64,000 nt of DNA from Alphaproteobacteria bacterium (lineage in GTDB: Bacteria > Pseudomonadota > Alphaproteobacteria > UBA828), in contig CBDCCI010000002.1 of assembly GCA_965214705.1 (NCBI GenBank), positions 2,016,001 to 2,080,000 of the forward strand, read 5' to 3'. Of the stretch, positions 40,457 to 50,128 are shown one piece after another. The notes below the pieces were generated by a model. That model did no database searches and had not been told where the DNA came from. It saw only the letters and a list, made by a program, of their open reading frames with translations. The first letter of the stretch is position 1, and every line of letters starts with the position of its first letter. A program made the translations under genes and the position numbers.

Positions 40457-41581
40457 ATGACCCCTGTAATCGTCGAACGAATCGAGTTGCTGGCGATCGG
40501 GCCCGACAGCGAAAGGGTGACGTGGTCGTCGCTCCTCGGGCCCATGTACGAGGCGCTGATCGTCGCGCGGCTCTTCCTCTCCAATGGCGTGGAGGCGATT
40601 GCCGGGACCACGACTTATACCGAGCACGAGTTCGACAGGGCGACGTTTCACGCCGCAGCCCTGATGGCGCCGTTCGTGCTGGGACGCGATGCGTTCGACA
40701 CTAGGGCCGCCTACGCGGATATGAGAAAGCGTTACGTCCCTCTCGGGCATACGGCGACGTCGCTCCTCGACATCGCGCTGCATGACGGTACGGCCAAGTC
40801 GGAAGAGCTGCCGCTATACCGAATGCTCGGCGCCGCACGGCACGCAATTCCCGCCTATGCGTCGAGCCCATTACTGCCGACGGATCAGGCCTATATCGAC
40901 TATTGTCGAGACATGCGGGCGCTTGGGTATCGGACGGTCAAAATCCATCCCTATTGCGTGTTCGACGATGACATGCGTTTGGTCAGATTACTCGTGGAGG
41001 AATTCGCTGAACGGAACATTAAGATGAGCCTGGATGTGGATGGAACGTACTCGTTCGATCAGGCACTCCGTATGGGGGAAATTTTGGACGCTGCCGGTTG
41101 GGAATTCTTCGAGGCGCCGCTCCCCGACACAGATTTGTCCGGCTACAAGAAGCTCGCCGATGCACTCGATCTCGACGTGATCTGCGGTGGAAACAGCCTT
41201 CCCCATCCACAGCTCATCGAGTTCGCGTTGGAGATGGGCGCGTGGGACCGCAGCCGCTTCGACGTGACCGGTATCGGCGGGTTCACCGGCGCCGGCGAGG
41301 TGGCAGAGGTCACGCGCGCTCACGGCAAGGCGTGCGAAGTGCAAAGCTGGGGGTACACGCTCACGCAAGCGGCGAACCTGCACTTCATGCTTGCTCATCC
41401 GCACTGCACCCATTTCGAACAAGCGGCGCCGTTCGAGAAATACGAGTTCGGTGCGGGGCAGGTCATTCGCCCGGACGCGGACGGCTTCGTCCGACCGAGT
41501 GATCTGCCCGGACTGGGAGTCGGGATGGACTGGGACCAGATCAGGCCGTTCGTCTATGCCCGGCGCGTGTTCTCGACGTGA
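40457..41581 (+). CDS. Mandelate racemase/muconate lactonizing enzyme family protein
   Basis: LDIALHD..K...PLYRMLG, AYAS, KIH, LDVD, FEAP. Confidence 0.85.
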   Translation: MTPVIVERIELLAIGPDSERVTWSSLLGPMYEALIVARLFLSNGVEAIAGTTTYTEHEFDRATFHAAALMAPFVLGRDAFDTRAAYADMRKRYVPLGHTATSLLDIALHDGTAKSEELPLYRMLGAARHAIPAYASSPLLPTDQAYIDYCRDMRALGYRTVKIHPYCVFDDDMRLVRLLVEEFAERNIKMSLDVDGTYSFDQALRMGEILDAAGWEFFEAPLPDTDLSGYKKLADALDLDVICGGNSLPHPQLIEFALEMGAWDRSRFDVTGIGGFTGAGEVAEVTRAHGKACEVQSWGYTLTQAANLHFMLAHPHCTHFEQAAPFEKYEFGAGQVIRPDADGFVRPSDLPGLGVGMDWDQIRPFVYARRVFST

Positions 41582-42735
41582 CTGTGACGATCGAACGTAT
41601 CGAGGTCCTCTGCCTGCAGGACCCGCAAGCCTCCTATTATCGCTTCGAGGGCAGCTATCGGAACGTCGTCGTGCTCGCGCATGGCGACAACGGGCTTGTG
41701 GGCATCGGCGAGAGCGATGCGCCGCCCGAGATCGTCAAGTCCCTGATCGAGATGCCGCCCTACAACCAGCGGTCCGAGGGACTGGCCGACATCGTCACCG
41801 GGCTGGCGGTGGACGACCCGCGCCGCCTCTGGGACGAGATGTACGCGCGCACGCAGTGGCACGGCCGTCGCGGCGCCGCGATGCACGCGATCAGTGCGCT
41901 CGATATCGCCATCTGGGACCTCTTCGCCCAGTCGCAGGGCATTCCGGTCTGCGAGGCGCTTGGCGGCTCCCATCACGACCGCCTCCACGCCTACGCGACC
42001 ATCTATCCCCTCGAAGACACACCCGCACGCATCGAGGCGCAGGTCGTGCCGTTGCTGGAACGGGGCTTCCGCCACCTCAAGGCTTGCGTCGAGCCGTGGT
42101 GGAACGAGCCGGACCGGGTGCGCCGAAACCTGACTCACTTGCGCGATTTGGTGGGGCCGGAGCGAAGCCTGATGCTCGATGTCGCGCAGGAGTACACCCG
42201 CTTCGAGCAGCTTGAACCTTTCCTCGACCTGCTGGCCGATTTGGACTTCGGCTGGATCGAAGCGCCCTTCTCCCTCGACAATGTGGCCGACCACGCGCGG
42301 CTGCGTACCGCCACACACATCCCCGTCGGCGTCGGCGATCTGGCCCTCACCACTTGCAGGGAGTTCGAGCCCTTCCTCGCGGCCGACGCGTTCGATATTG
42401 CGCAGCCGGACCTCACCAACTTCGGCGGGTTCACCGAAGCGCAGCGACTCGCGCAGATGCTGGACGGCACCGGCCGGCGCATCGTTCCCCACGCCTACAA
42501 CACCGACATCACCATCGCGGCCAACCTGCAATTCCTGGCCGCGCAGTCGGAACCCGAACTTGTCGAGTATTCGACGAGTCCATCGCGCCTGCGCCAAAGC
42601 CTGGTGCGAGGCCTCGAACCGATCGACGCCGATGGGATGATCCCGATCCCTACCCGCCCCGGCCTCGGCGTGATGTTGAATCCCGACGCGGTCGCGGAAC
42701 TCGCGGTCAGTCGCGCCGCTGAAGCATCCCGTTGA
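41578..42735 (+). CDS. Mandelate racemase/muconate lactonizing enzyme family protein
   Basis: GIGE, AISALDIAIWDL, LMLD, WIEAP, AQPD..GGFT, PGLG. Confidence 0.88.
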   Translation: MTVTIERIEVLCLQDPQASYYRFEGSYRNVVVLAHGDNGLVGIGESDAPPEIVKSLIEMPPYNQRSEGLADIVTGLAVDDPRRLWDEMYARTQWHGRRGAAMHAISALDIAIWDLFAQSQGIPVCEALGGSHHDRLHAYATIYPLEDTPARIEAQVVPLLERGFRHLKACVEPWWNEPDRVRRNLTHLRDLVGPERSLMLDVAQEYTRFEQLEPFLDLLADLDFGWIEAPFSLDNVADHARLRTATHIPVGVGDLALTTCREFEPFLAADAFDIAQPDLTNFGGFTEAQRLAQMLDGTGRRIVPHAYNTDITIAANLQFLAAQSEPELVEYSTSPSRLRQSLVRGLEPIDADGMIPIPTRPGLGVMLNPDAVAELAVSRAAEASR

Positions 42736-43504
42736 TGGTGAGCCCGACCGCCAAAATGATTCCGCCCAGCACCACCGTGATGAGCCCGACCGCCGGCACC
42801 ATGGGCGTATAGCCGCCGATCATCTTGCCGTATAGCCATTCGGGCACGGTGACATCGGCCCCGCTGGTGAAATAGGCGAGCGGGAAGTTGCCCCAGGAGA
42901 GCAACACCGCGAACAGGAACCCGGCGAAGATTCCGGGCCCGAGCAAGGGCAACGTGATGGTTCGGAAAATCTGCCAGCGGGAAGCGCCGAGGTCATAGGC
43001 CGCCTCCTCCACCGCCGAATCGTAGCCATAGGCCTGGATCGCGATCACCAGCGTCACGATGGGAACGATCCAGACGAGCTGAGCGAACACCGTCGACTGC
43101 CAGGACATCTGGATGCCGATGGAGTTGAACCAGAGCTGCAGCGCGAGCCCGAGCACCGCCTGGGGAAAGAAGATCGGGATCAGGAGCACCTGCTGGAAGA
43201 GCTTGCGTCCGCGCCAGTCGTAGCGGGCATAGGCTAGCGCACCGAAGAAGGCCAGGATCACCGAGATCAGCGCCACACAGACGGCGATCGTCAGCGACGT
43301 GAGGAAGCTCTCGTGCACCTGCAGCGAGTCCCACGTCATCTCGTACCATTTCGACGAGGTTCGCTTCATCGGGAACAGGAAGAAGCGCGACTTGGAGATC
43401 GACGCCAGCCCGACGATCACCATCGGGATGTACATGATCACCAGGATGACGGCGATATAGGCGGCCAGCAGTCGGCGGGTGAGCAGCCTGTCGATAGTGC
43501 CCAC
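42707..43504 (-). CDS. ABC transporter permease, PotC-like
   Basis: Six TMs; EAA loop EEAAYDLGAS. Confidence 0.88.
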   Translation of the reverse strand: MGTIDRLLTRRLLAAYIAVILVIMYIPMVIVGLASISKSRFFLFPMKRTSSKWYEMTWDSLQVHESFLTSLTIAVCVALISVILAFFGALAYARYDWRGRKLFQQVLLIPIFFPQAVLGLALQLWFNSIGIQMSWQSTVFAQLVWIVPIVTLVIAIQAYGYDSAVEEAAYDLGASRWQIFRTITLPLLGPGIFAGFLFAVLLSWGNFPLAYFTSGADVTVPEWLYGKMIGGYTPMVPAVGLITVVLGGIILAVGLTINGMLQRRD

Positions 43505-43507
43505 GGC

Positions 43508-44416
43508 CTAGCGTCTTCCCAGCATTCGATCGAGGTTCACCCGTCGCATCGCGAGCCACACGGCGGACCCCGCCAGCACGATCATCAGCACCGACAGCGC
43601 GGAGCCGCGCGGCCAGTTCTGCCCGAAGGTGAAGGCGGATTCGATGTCCTGCGCGACGGTGACGATCACGCCCTTGCCGAGGAACTTGGCCTCGTTGAAG
43701 GCGCCGAGCGAGATCACGAAGCAGAGCAGCGAGCCGATCAGGATTCCGGGCATCGCCAGCGGCAGCTCGATGTCCCGAAAAACCCGCCAGCGCGATCCGC
43801 CCAGGTCGTAGGCCGCTTCGCGCGCCTCCCTGGGTACGTTGCCGAGCCCCAGCAGGATCGGGAACAGCATGAACGGCAAGTAGATGTAGCAAATGCCGAA
43901 GACGATCGCCGGCACGTTGTTGACCAGGCTTCCGGTCTCCAGCCCCGTCACCACCTCGAGCGCACCGTCGAGGAAGCCGCCCTTGTCGAAGAAGAGCACC
44001 CAGCCTTGCAGCCGGATGTTCTCGGCGACGAAGAGCGGCGCCACGATCAGCAAAGTCAGCAGATGGGCCCGGCGCCCCTTGATCCGCCTCAGCGCGACCG
44101 CCAGCGGATAGCAGACGATGAGCAGGATCACGACGCTGATGAAGGCGAGGAAGAGCGACCAGGCGAAGGAGATGTAAAAGTCCTGCTCGACGATATCGAC
44201 GTAGTTCTCCAGTGACGGTGACCCCGGAATGGAGAAGCTGCCGCGTGGCATGAAGCTGTAGATCAGCACCAGCGCCATCGGTCCGATGAAACCGATGAAC
44301 AGGAGGATGATGATCGGCAGCGCCGCGACGAAGCCTTCGGACACCTTCCACGGCAATAGCCTTAGCCGCGGGCGCTCCGGCTCCTCTGTCAGGGTCTCAA
44401 TCGCCGCCTCGGTCAT
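43508..44416 (-). CDS. ABC transporter permease, PotB-like
   Basis: YIYLPFMLFP, EAAYDLGG, NWPRGSALS; ATG at 44416. Confidence 0.88.
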   Translation of the reverse strand: MTEAAIETLTEEPERPRLRLLPWKVSEGFVAALPIIILLFIGFIGPMALVLIYSFMPRGSFSIPGSPSLENYVDIVEQDFYISFAWSLFLAFISVVILLIVCYPLAVALRRIKGRRAHLLTLLIVAPLFVAENIRLQGWVLFFDKGGFLDGALEVVTGLETGSLVNNVPAIVFGICYIYLPFMLFPILLGLGNVPREAREAAYDLGGSRWRVFRDIELPLAMPGILIGSLLCFVISLGAFNEAKFLGKGVIVTVAQDIESAFTFGQNWPRGSALSVLMIVLAGSAVWLAMRRVNLDRMLGRR

Positions 44417-45489
44417 TCCGGGAAGACCATCGAGTCGCCCGGTTGCCACGAGAGCGTCACCTCGGCACCCGGCAGGCGGGCGACGGCATCGGCACGCAGT
44501 TCCTCGATGAGGAAGACCATCGCGCCGGTTCTCACCTGGTACTGGATGCGCGAGCCGAGCAGGTACTCGTTGAAGAGCTCGCCCCGAATCAGGTTCCCGC
44601 CCGCAGCCGGCGCGGCGTCGTCCGAGATCGCGACGTTTTCCGGCCGCACGATCAGCACACCCCGGCTGAAGCCCGGCGGCATTCCGGCGGGCGGCTCGAA
44701 GCTGGCGTCGAGCGCCTCGCAGTGGAGCCTCCCGTCTTCGGCAAGCTGCACGGGAAGCGAGTTCACCTCGCCCATGAACTCGGTGACGAAGCGGTTCTCC
44801 GGTTGAGTGTAGATCGTCGCCGGACTGCCGACCTGGGAGAGCTTGCCTTCGCGCATGACGCCGATGCGGTCGGACATCACCATCGCCTCCTCGAGGCTGT
44901 GGGTGATGTAGACGAAGGTCTTGCCTGTCTCCCGCTGGATGTCCTTGAGCTCCTTCTCCAGCGTCTTGCGGAGGCGGTAATCGATGGCGGACAGAGGCTC
45001 GTCGAAGAACAGGATCTCGGGGTTGAAGGCCAACGCGCGGGCCAAGGCGACCCGCTGCCGTTCGCCGCCCGAGCACTGCGTCACCGGCTTGTCGTAGTAA
45101 CTCTGCGGCAGGTGGGAGAGCTTCAGGCACTCGGCGGCGCGCTGCCGCCGCTCCTTCTTGCCGATGCCCTTGCACTTGGCCGAGTACTCGACGTTCTCGC
45201 CAACGCTCATGTGCGGGAACAGCGCCAGCGATTGGAACACCATGCAGGTCGGGCGCTTGTTGGCGGGCACGTCGTTGATCCGCTTGCCCCTGAGCAAGAT
45301 GTCGCCGGCGGTCGGCTTGTCCATGCCCACCAGCATGCGGATGAGCGTCGTCTTGCCGGAGCCCGAGGGGCCGACGATGGTGAAGAGCTCGCCCTCCACG
45401 ATGTCGAGGCTCACGCCGTCGACCGCATTCAGGCTGCCGAAGCTCTTGACGATGTTCCTGAGTTGCAAGATGGGCGGGGCTGCGGCCAT
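44413..45489 (-). CDS. ABC transporter ATPase, PotA-like
   Basis: GPSGSGKTT, SGGERQRVALARA, FFDEP, ITH; TOBE tail. Confidence 0.92.
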   Translation of the reverse strand: MAAAPPILQLRNIVKSFGSLNAVDGVSLDIVEGELFTIVGPSGSGKTTLIRMLVGMDKPTAGDILLRGKRINDVPANKRPTCMVFQSLALFPHMSVGENVEYSAKCKGIGKKERRQRAAECLKLSHLPQSYYDKPVTQCSGGERQRVALARALAFNPEILFFDEPLSAIDYRLRKTLEKELKDIQRETGKTFVYITHSLEEAMVMSDRIGVMREGKLSQVGSPATIYTQPENRFVTEFMGEVNSLPVQLAEDGRLHCEALDASFEPPAGMPPGFSRGVLIVRPENVAISDDAAPAAGGNLIRGELFNEYLLGSRIQYQVRTGAMVFLIEELRADAVARLPGAEVTLSWQPGDSMVFPE

Positions 45490-45559
45490 CGCGCACTGAG
45501 CTCCCGGTATGCACGGGTGCCGGTGCGGGCAGCGGACCGCCCGCACCGACAGGTAGCGA

Positions 45560-46870
45560 TCAGGCGCCGCGTGCGCGCTTCGCCTGGGTGTAAAGGTCGT
45601 GCATCGCGTCGTAATCGGGGTTGATGTCGAAGTCGATGCAGCGATCGACCAGCGAGGCCAGCCAGCTGCCCTCCTCGCCCCAATGCACGGCCTCGAGCTC
45701 GTCCTGGGAGAACTGGCTCAACACCTCCGGCGCGCCCATCTGCACCACCGGGTTCAGCGTGCCCGGCGCCTTGGCGGCCACCTTGTAGGCGGCCTCGGGC
45801 GTGTGACAGTAAATCAGGAACGCCTCGGCCAGCGGCGTCGGGTTGGGGTTGTTGACCAGCGAGGTGATCTCGATCCAGACGATGCCGCCCTGGCCGTTTG
45901 GCCGCTCGGCGGTCTTGGTCTCCTCCGGACCTTCGGCCGGTACAACGTTCACGAGTTGGGTCTCGCCCTCGAGCCTGGCGGCCGAGACGGTGTAGACCGA
46001 GCCGGGATAGGTCCCGATGATCTCGCCGGTGATCATGTCGCGGGCCAGCGCCGCCTGGTCGTCGGACACCTTCTTGGCGTTCTCGAAGAGCTTGAAGATG
46101 TTCTCCTCGAAGGCGGCCATTTCGTCGGCGGTGTGCTCGCGGAAGGGGATGAAGCCCGACGCGATGCAGGTGTGCATGATCACCCAATTCTCGTAGTCGA
46201 GGATGCCGTACTGGCCTTTGGCGCCCTCGATCATCTCCATGTAGCCACCGCTCTCCATGGTCTGCGGATCGACGGCGTCGGTACTGACCGCCAGGCCCGC
46301 GGGACCATAGCGCTGGAGCATGCCGAGCAGGTGCTCGCCGCTGTCGTCGAGCGCCCAGTGATAGGGCCACTCGAAGCCCCCCACGTTCATGTCGTAGAGC
46401 GGCGCGAACTTGTCCTTGTCGAGTGGCGTGATCAGCCCCTCAGGGAACAGCTGATTGCGCTGCCAGGAGTTGTTGAGGTTGATCACGTCCCAGGTCGAGG
46501 TGCCGCCGCCGCGCAGGTTATTCACGGCCGCGGGGTCGGAGATCAGCATCTGCGGGTTGACGTTCGCCCCGGTCTGGCGGCTGAAGGGATCGAGCACCGG
46601 CTCTTCGGTATAGCCCTCCCATGAGTGCAGGTTGAGGTCCATGCGGATATCGCTCATGCCGGCGAGATCGGCCTTGGTCTTTTCCCAGAGCTCGTCCGCA
46701 TAGGCCGCGCCCGTCGCCGCGTTGGCGCCGCCCCCGCCTGCGCTAAGCGCCGCCGGCGCCACGCCGACCGCCGCAGCCAGCGCCGCCGACTGCTTGAGGA
46801 ACTGCCGGCGCGAAGAGCTGAAGTTCCTGAAGATGTTTCCGCTGTTCATGTCTTCCTCCCAGTTTGCCAT
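45560..46870 (-). CDS. Tat-exported solute-binding protein, PotD/PotF-like
   Basis: SRRQFLK twin-arginine signal; SWEGY; first gene of the ABC operon. Confidence 0.82.
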   Translation of the reverse strand: MANWEEDMNSGNIFRNFSSSRRQFLKQSAALAAAVGVAPAALSAGGGGANAATGAAYADELWEKTKADLAGMSDIRMDLNLHSWEGYTEEPVLDPFSRQTGANVNPQMLISDPAAVNNLRGGGTSTWDVINLNNSWQRNQLFPEGLITPLDKDKFAPLYDMNVGGFEWPYHWALDDSGEHLLGMLQRYGPAGLAVSTDAVDPQTMESGGYMEMIEGAKGQYGILDYENWVIMHTCIASGFIPFREHTADEMAAFEENIFKLFENAKKVSDDQAALARDMITGEIIGTYPGSVYTVSAARLEGETQLVNVVPAEGPEETKTAERPNGQGGIVWIEITSLVNNPNPTPLAEAFLIYCHTPEAAYKVAAKAPGTLNPVVQMGAPEVLSQFSQDELEAVHWGEEGSWLASLVDRCIDFDINPDYDAMHDLYTQAKRARGA

Positions 46871-47366
46871 TCTGTTTCACGCAGCGTAGTTAGCCTCGAA
46901 TGCTAATTGATGCTCGGGCCTGTCTCTAGCCCGCATTTCTCACCACGGTCATGGTCTGCGCGGCGCTGTCCGGCCGACAGGGTAGGAACGGCGCGCAGCT
47001 CGATGCGGGGACATCGGGCAAGGGCCGTGACGCACCCTGTCGGCCGGACGGCGCCGCCCTTCGGGTCGTGCCCGGGCGCCCGCCCGCGTCGTCGCGGGCC
47101 TCAACCGTATTCCCTGATACGCTTTTCGGTCCGCTCCTGGCGGATCGAACGCCTGGGCGCGACGCAGGCCGTGACCCTGATGAGAAACAACAGTCAATCG
47201 TGTTCCACCCTATTCCCATGAGATTTCTGGAGTTCCTCGATTCTGTCTAATACAATGACATGGAGGAGATTTTAGCACTCCGTGGACCTGGTGAGCACTC
47301 CTGGAATACACTTCGCGTGTTGTGGAAGGTGTTGATTTTGAGGACAAGCCATGTCATCATGCCTCC

Positions 47367-48638
47367 ATGAGACACTCACCCGGGAAACGCGTCGCACGCG
47401 TCAAGATCACCATCGCAAAGCGCGCCATCGACAGCCTGAAGCCCGACGATAAACCTTGGATCGCATGGGACGACAAGCTGACCGGCTTTGGCGTCCAGGT
47501 CCACCCCTCGGGCATCAAGTCTTACATCGTCAACTACCGCCTCGGTGAAGGAGGCAGGGCGGCGCCCAACAAACGCCTTGTCATCGGACGGTGCGACAGG
47601 ATGGCCCCCGAGCAGGCCCGCCGCGAGGCACACAGGCTGCTCGGCATGGTCGCCGTCGGCGAGGACCCCGCTGCCGAACGCGCCAAGGGCCGCCGCATGC
47701 CGCCGCTCGGGAAGGCCTTCGAGCAGTACATGAAGGCCAACCCCAAGCGCAAGGACAGCACCAACGCGTCCTACCGCGACCGCTTCGAGCGGCCTCTCGG
47801 TGACTGGCTTGGCCGATCGCTGGACACCATCAGCCGCAGCGACGTGGAGGAGCGCTTCAACCGCATCACCGAGCAGCACGGCTGGGCGGTCGCCAACCAG
47901 TGCATGTCTCTGCTGCGCTCGGTCTATCGTCGGCCCTGCGTGGACTTTCGAGGGCTGGATAATCCTGTTGATCTCTGGCTCGCAGGCGGCGGCAAGTTCC
48001 ATCCCAAGCCGCGCCGCAAGATCCCGCCGCCGGCGGAGGTCCTGCCGCGCTGGCGGAAGGGCATCGAGGCGGTGGTGAGCAACCCCGCCCTTCGGGATGT
48101 GTTCTGGTTCGGAATGTACACGGGCATGCGGCTTGGCGAGGTGCTGCCGCTGCGGTGGGAGCGTGTGAACAGGGAGGCAATGGTCTTCCGCGTGGAGGAG
48201 ACAAAGACGGGCGCGCCGCTGGAGTTGCCCATCACGCGGCAGTTGGCGGCCATTCTCGACCGGCGGTGGGCCGAGAGCGGGAGTTTGCCGGACGGCTGGG
48301 TGTTTCCGTCGGCCACCAGCCGCACGGGCTACTTCGTGAAGCTGACCTATTTTCACCGCCGCATCAGCGATGCCGGTGGCGCGAAGTTCTGGTTCCACGG
48401 CTTGCGCAACTGCTTCATCACGGTGGCAGAGCGAGAGTTGATGCTGCCGCACGCGCTGACCAAGCGGCTGGTGAACCACGCGCCGCCCAACGACGTGACC
48501 GAGGGGTATGCCGCCGCCTGGACGATCGGACAGTTGCGCGAGCCGGCTCAACGCATCGCGGATCGCATCGAGGACTTGATGGGAGAAGAACCCGACCACC
48601 TCAGCGGGGGAACAGCGGCGATGGCCGTCACTACCTGA
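47367..48638 (+). CDS. Tyrosine integrase with arm-binding N-terminal domain
   Basis: WDDKLTGFGVQVHPSG; catalytic TGMR, KT, HGLR, NH, GY all present. Confidence 0.9.
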   Translation: MRHSPGKRVARVKITIAKRAIDSLKPDDKPWIAWDDKLTGFGVQVHPSGIKSYIVNYRLGEGGRAAPNKRLVIGRCDRMAPEQARREAHRLLGMVAVGEDPAAERAKGRRMPPLGKAFEQYMKANPKRKDSTNASYRDRFERPLGDWLGRSLDTISRSDVEERFNRITEQHGWAVANQCMSLLRSVYRRPCVDFRGLDNPVDLWLAGGGKFHPKPRRKIPPPAEVLPRWRKGIEAVVSNPALRDVFWFGMYTGMRLGEVLPLRWERVNREAMVFRVEETKTGAPLELPITRQLAAILDRRWAESGSLPDGWVFPSATSRTGYFVKLTYFHRRISDAGGAKFWFHGLRNCFITVAERELMLPHALTKRLVNHAPPNDVTEGYAAAWTIGQLREPAQRIADRIEDLMGEEPDHLSGGTAAMAVTT

Positions 48639-48668
48639 AGGTTGTAGGTTCAAGTCCTGATCCGCTAA
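48628..48668 (+). other. Degenerate 3' half of tRNA-fMet (att relic)
   Basis: ACCTGAAGGTTGTAGGTTCAAGTCCTG resembles ACCTGAAGGTCGTAGGTTCAAATCCTG with a T-loop; no 5' half. Confidence 0.6.
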
Positions 48669-48820
48669 TCGCCGAGACCGATATTTTCGGCGAGGGGTGT
48701 GTCGGTTTCGTTATCCCTGCCGGTCCCCGCCGTCCACCGGATGATTGTACCCAGTTCGCCATGAAGCGTCGTGTTCAGCCGGCCCCATAACAGGCCAGGA
48801 GTGAGCACGATTCGCTCGAC
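48631..48820 (-). pseudogene. C-terminal relic of a tRNA-targeting serine recombinase
   Basis: VERIVLTPG...TLHGELGTII.W...DTP then, frameshifted, SVSAISGSGLEPTTFR* reading into the tRNA relic. Confidence 0.5.
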
Positions 48821-49035
48821 TGGTTCCTCCTGTCGCCGGCATCCGTAGCGACCTAGGCATGGAACCACTTCGTGATCGCGCTTTCTGGTTGCAGATTCAG
48901 CCAGCGCCAAGCCATCTGGGTCATGTGCTTCATAAAGCGCAAGAGGCCGCAGGCCGGCCTTGCTGATGGCGAGATCGTGATCGATATCTCCGCTCGCCCA
49001 AGGTACCGACGTCAACCCGGCCCAGCTGTATAACG

Positions 49036-49085
49036 CGTAGCGCGTCGATCTGGATGAGAGCCCGCATCCAGATCGACGCGCTACG
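49036..49085 (-). terminator. Perfect 21-bp hairpin abutting the terminal CRISPR repeat
   Basis: CGTAGCGCGTCGATCTGGATG-agagcccg-CATCCAGATCGACGCGCTACG; function inferred. Confidence 0.5.
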
Positions 49086-50128
49086 GGCTATCCCCGCGCG
49101 AGCGGGGGAACCTGACCGGCCTGATAGTCGCCCCGGTCAAACTGGGGGCTATCCCCGCGCGGGCGGGGGAACTACGGAGGGTTGGTGATGCAACAGTGCA
49201 CGCTGTTGTCCGGCAGCGTCCGCAACTGCTCGCGAGCATCGCCGACGAGGATTTTGGCAGCCACCAGCGCGTCATCCGCTCGATGCAGAGGGCGAGCATC
49301 TGGTCGTAGATGTGCTGGCGCACGCCGACGGCCACGTCGGGAATGATCGCCTCCACGCCGCCGCCGATGCCGACATCACGCTGGGCGATAAAGCCCTCAA
49401 CCAACTCGTGCACCGGGTCGATATCGTCCCTAAGCGCACTATGAAGGAAGACGAGTTGCGTCTCCTGATGCTCAAGCTCGTCAATCCACAGCGGCTTGTC
49501 GGCCGCGATCAGGCAGGGATTGATGACCTCGGCGTCGATCTCGGCCTCGTGCGGCCCGGCAAGGGCGAGACGCACGCTCGCCATCCCCAGCAACAGGATC
49601 AGCAGCGCGACGACGCACGCCTGCGCCCAGCCAGCCGGCCTGGTCAGTCCTGCGATCATGTCGCCTCCTATTTCGGCACGACCAGCGTACACCCTCCGCC
49701 GGCGTCGCGCTTGGTTGCGTGCGTGATCAGGTAGGGGCTATCCCCGCGCGGGCGGGGGAGCCACCCGCCGGTCTCGGCCCCGGAGCCCGTGCCAGGGGCT
49801 ATCCCCGCGCGGGCGGGGGAGCCGAATCCGAGCAGGTAGGTGAGAGACACCCAGCGGGGCTATCCCCGCGCGGGCGGGGGAGCCCCGGCGGAGAGTACCG
49901 TGCAGCCGGTTATCGGGGGGCTATCCCCGCGCGGGCGGGGGAGCCGTCGTTGCGTTCCATGTCTGAGTCCCTTCATTGGGGCTATCCCCGCGCGGGCGGG
50001 GGAGCCGAGCGGCGCCGGCCTTGCCCGTTCGATGGCCCGGGGCTATCCCCGCGCGGGCGGGGGAGCCTTGAGCCGTACCTCACCCGTCCAGACCGGCCCG
50101 GGGCTATCCCCGCGCGGGCGGGGGAGCC
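49084..50128 (-). CRISPR. Orphan type I-E-like CRISPR array: 9 repeats of 29 bp, seven 32-bp spacers and one 560-bp inter-repeat insert
   Basis: Repeat GGGGCTATCCCCGCGCGGGCGGGGGAGCC at 49734, 49795, 49856, 49917, 49978, 50039, 50100 (61-bp period); variant repeats at 49084 and 49145; reverse complement resembles the I-E repeat ending GGGGATAnnCC. Confidence 0.95.
49174..49659 (-). CDS. Hypothetical exported protein inside the 560-bp inter-repeat insert, running into repeat 2
   Basis: RBS AGGAGG then ATG (MIAGLTRPAGW...), signal-peptide-like VVALLILLLG...ALA; preceded by the tail of another ORF. Confidence 0.5.

Noticed and set aside
48628-48668. Functional tRNA gene
   Set aside because: Only a degenerate 3' half; no D-arm or acceptor pairing
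49113-50099. Self-targeting spacers
   Set aside because: No match to the window noticed by eye; a proper alignment is needed to exclude it
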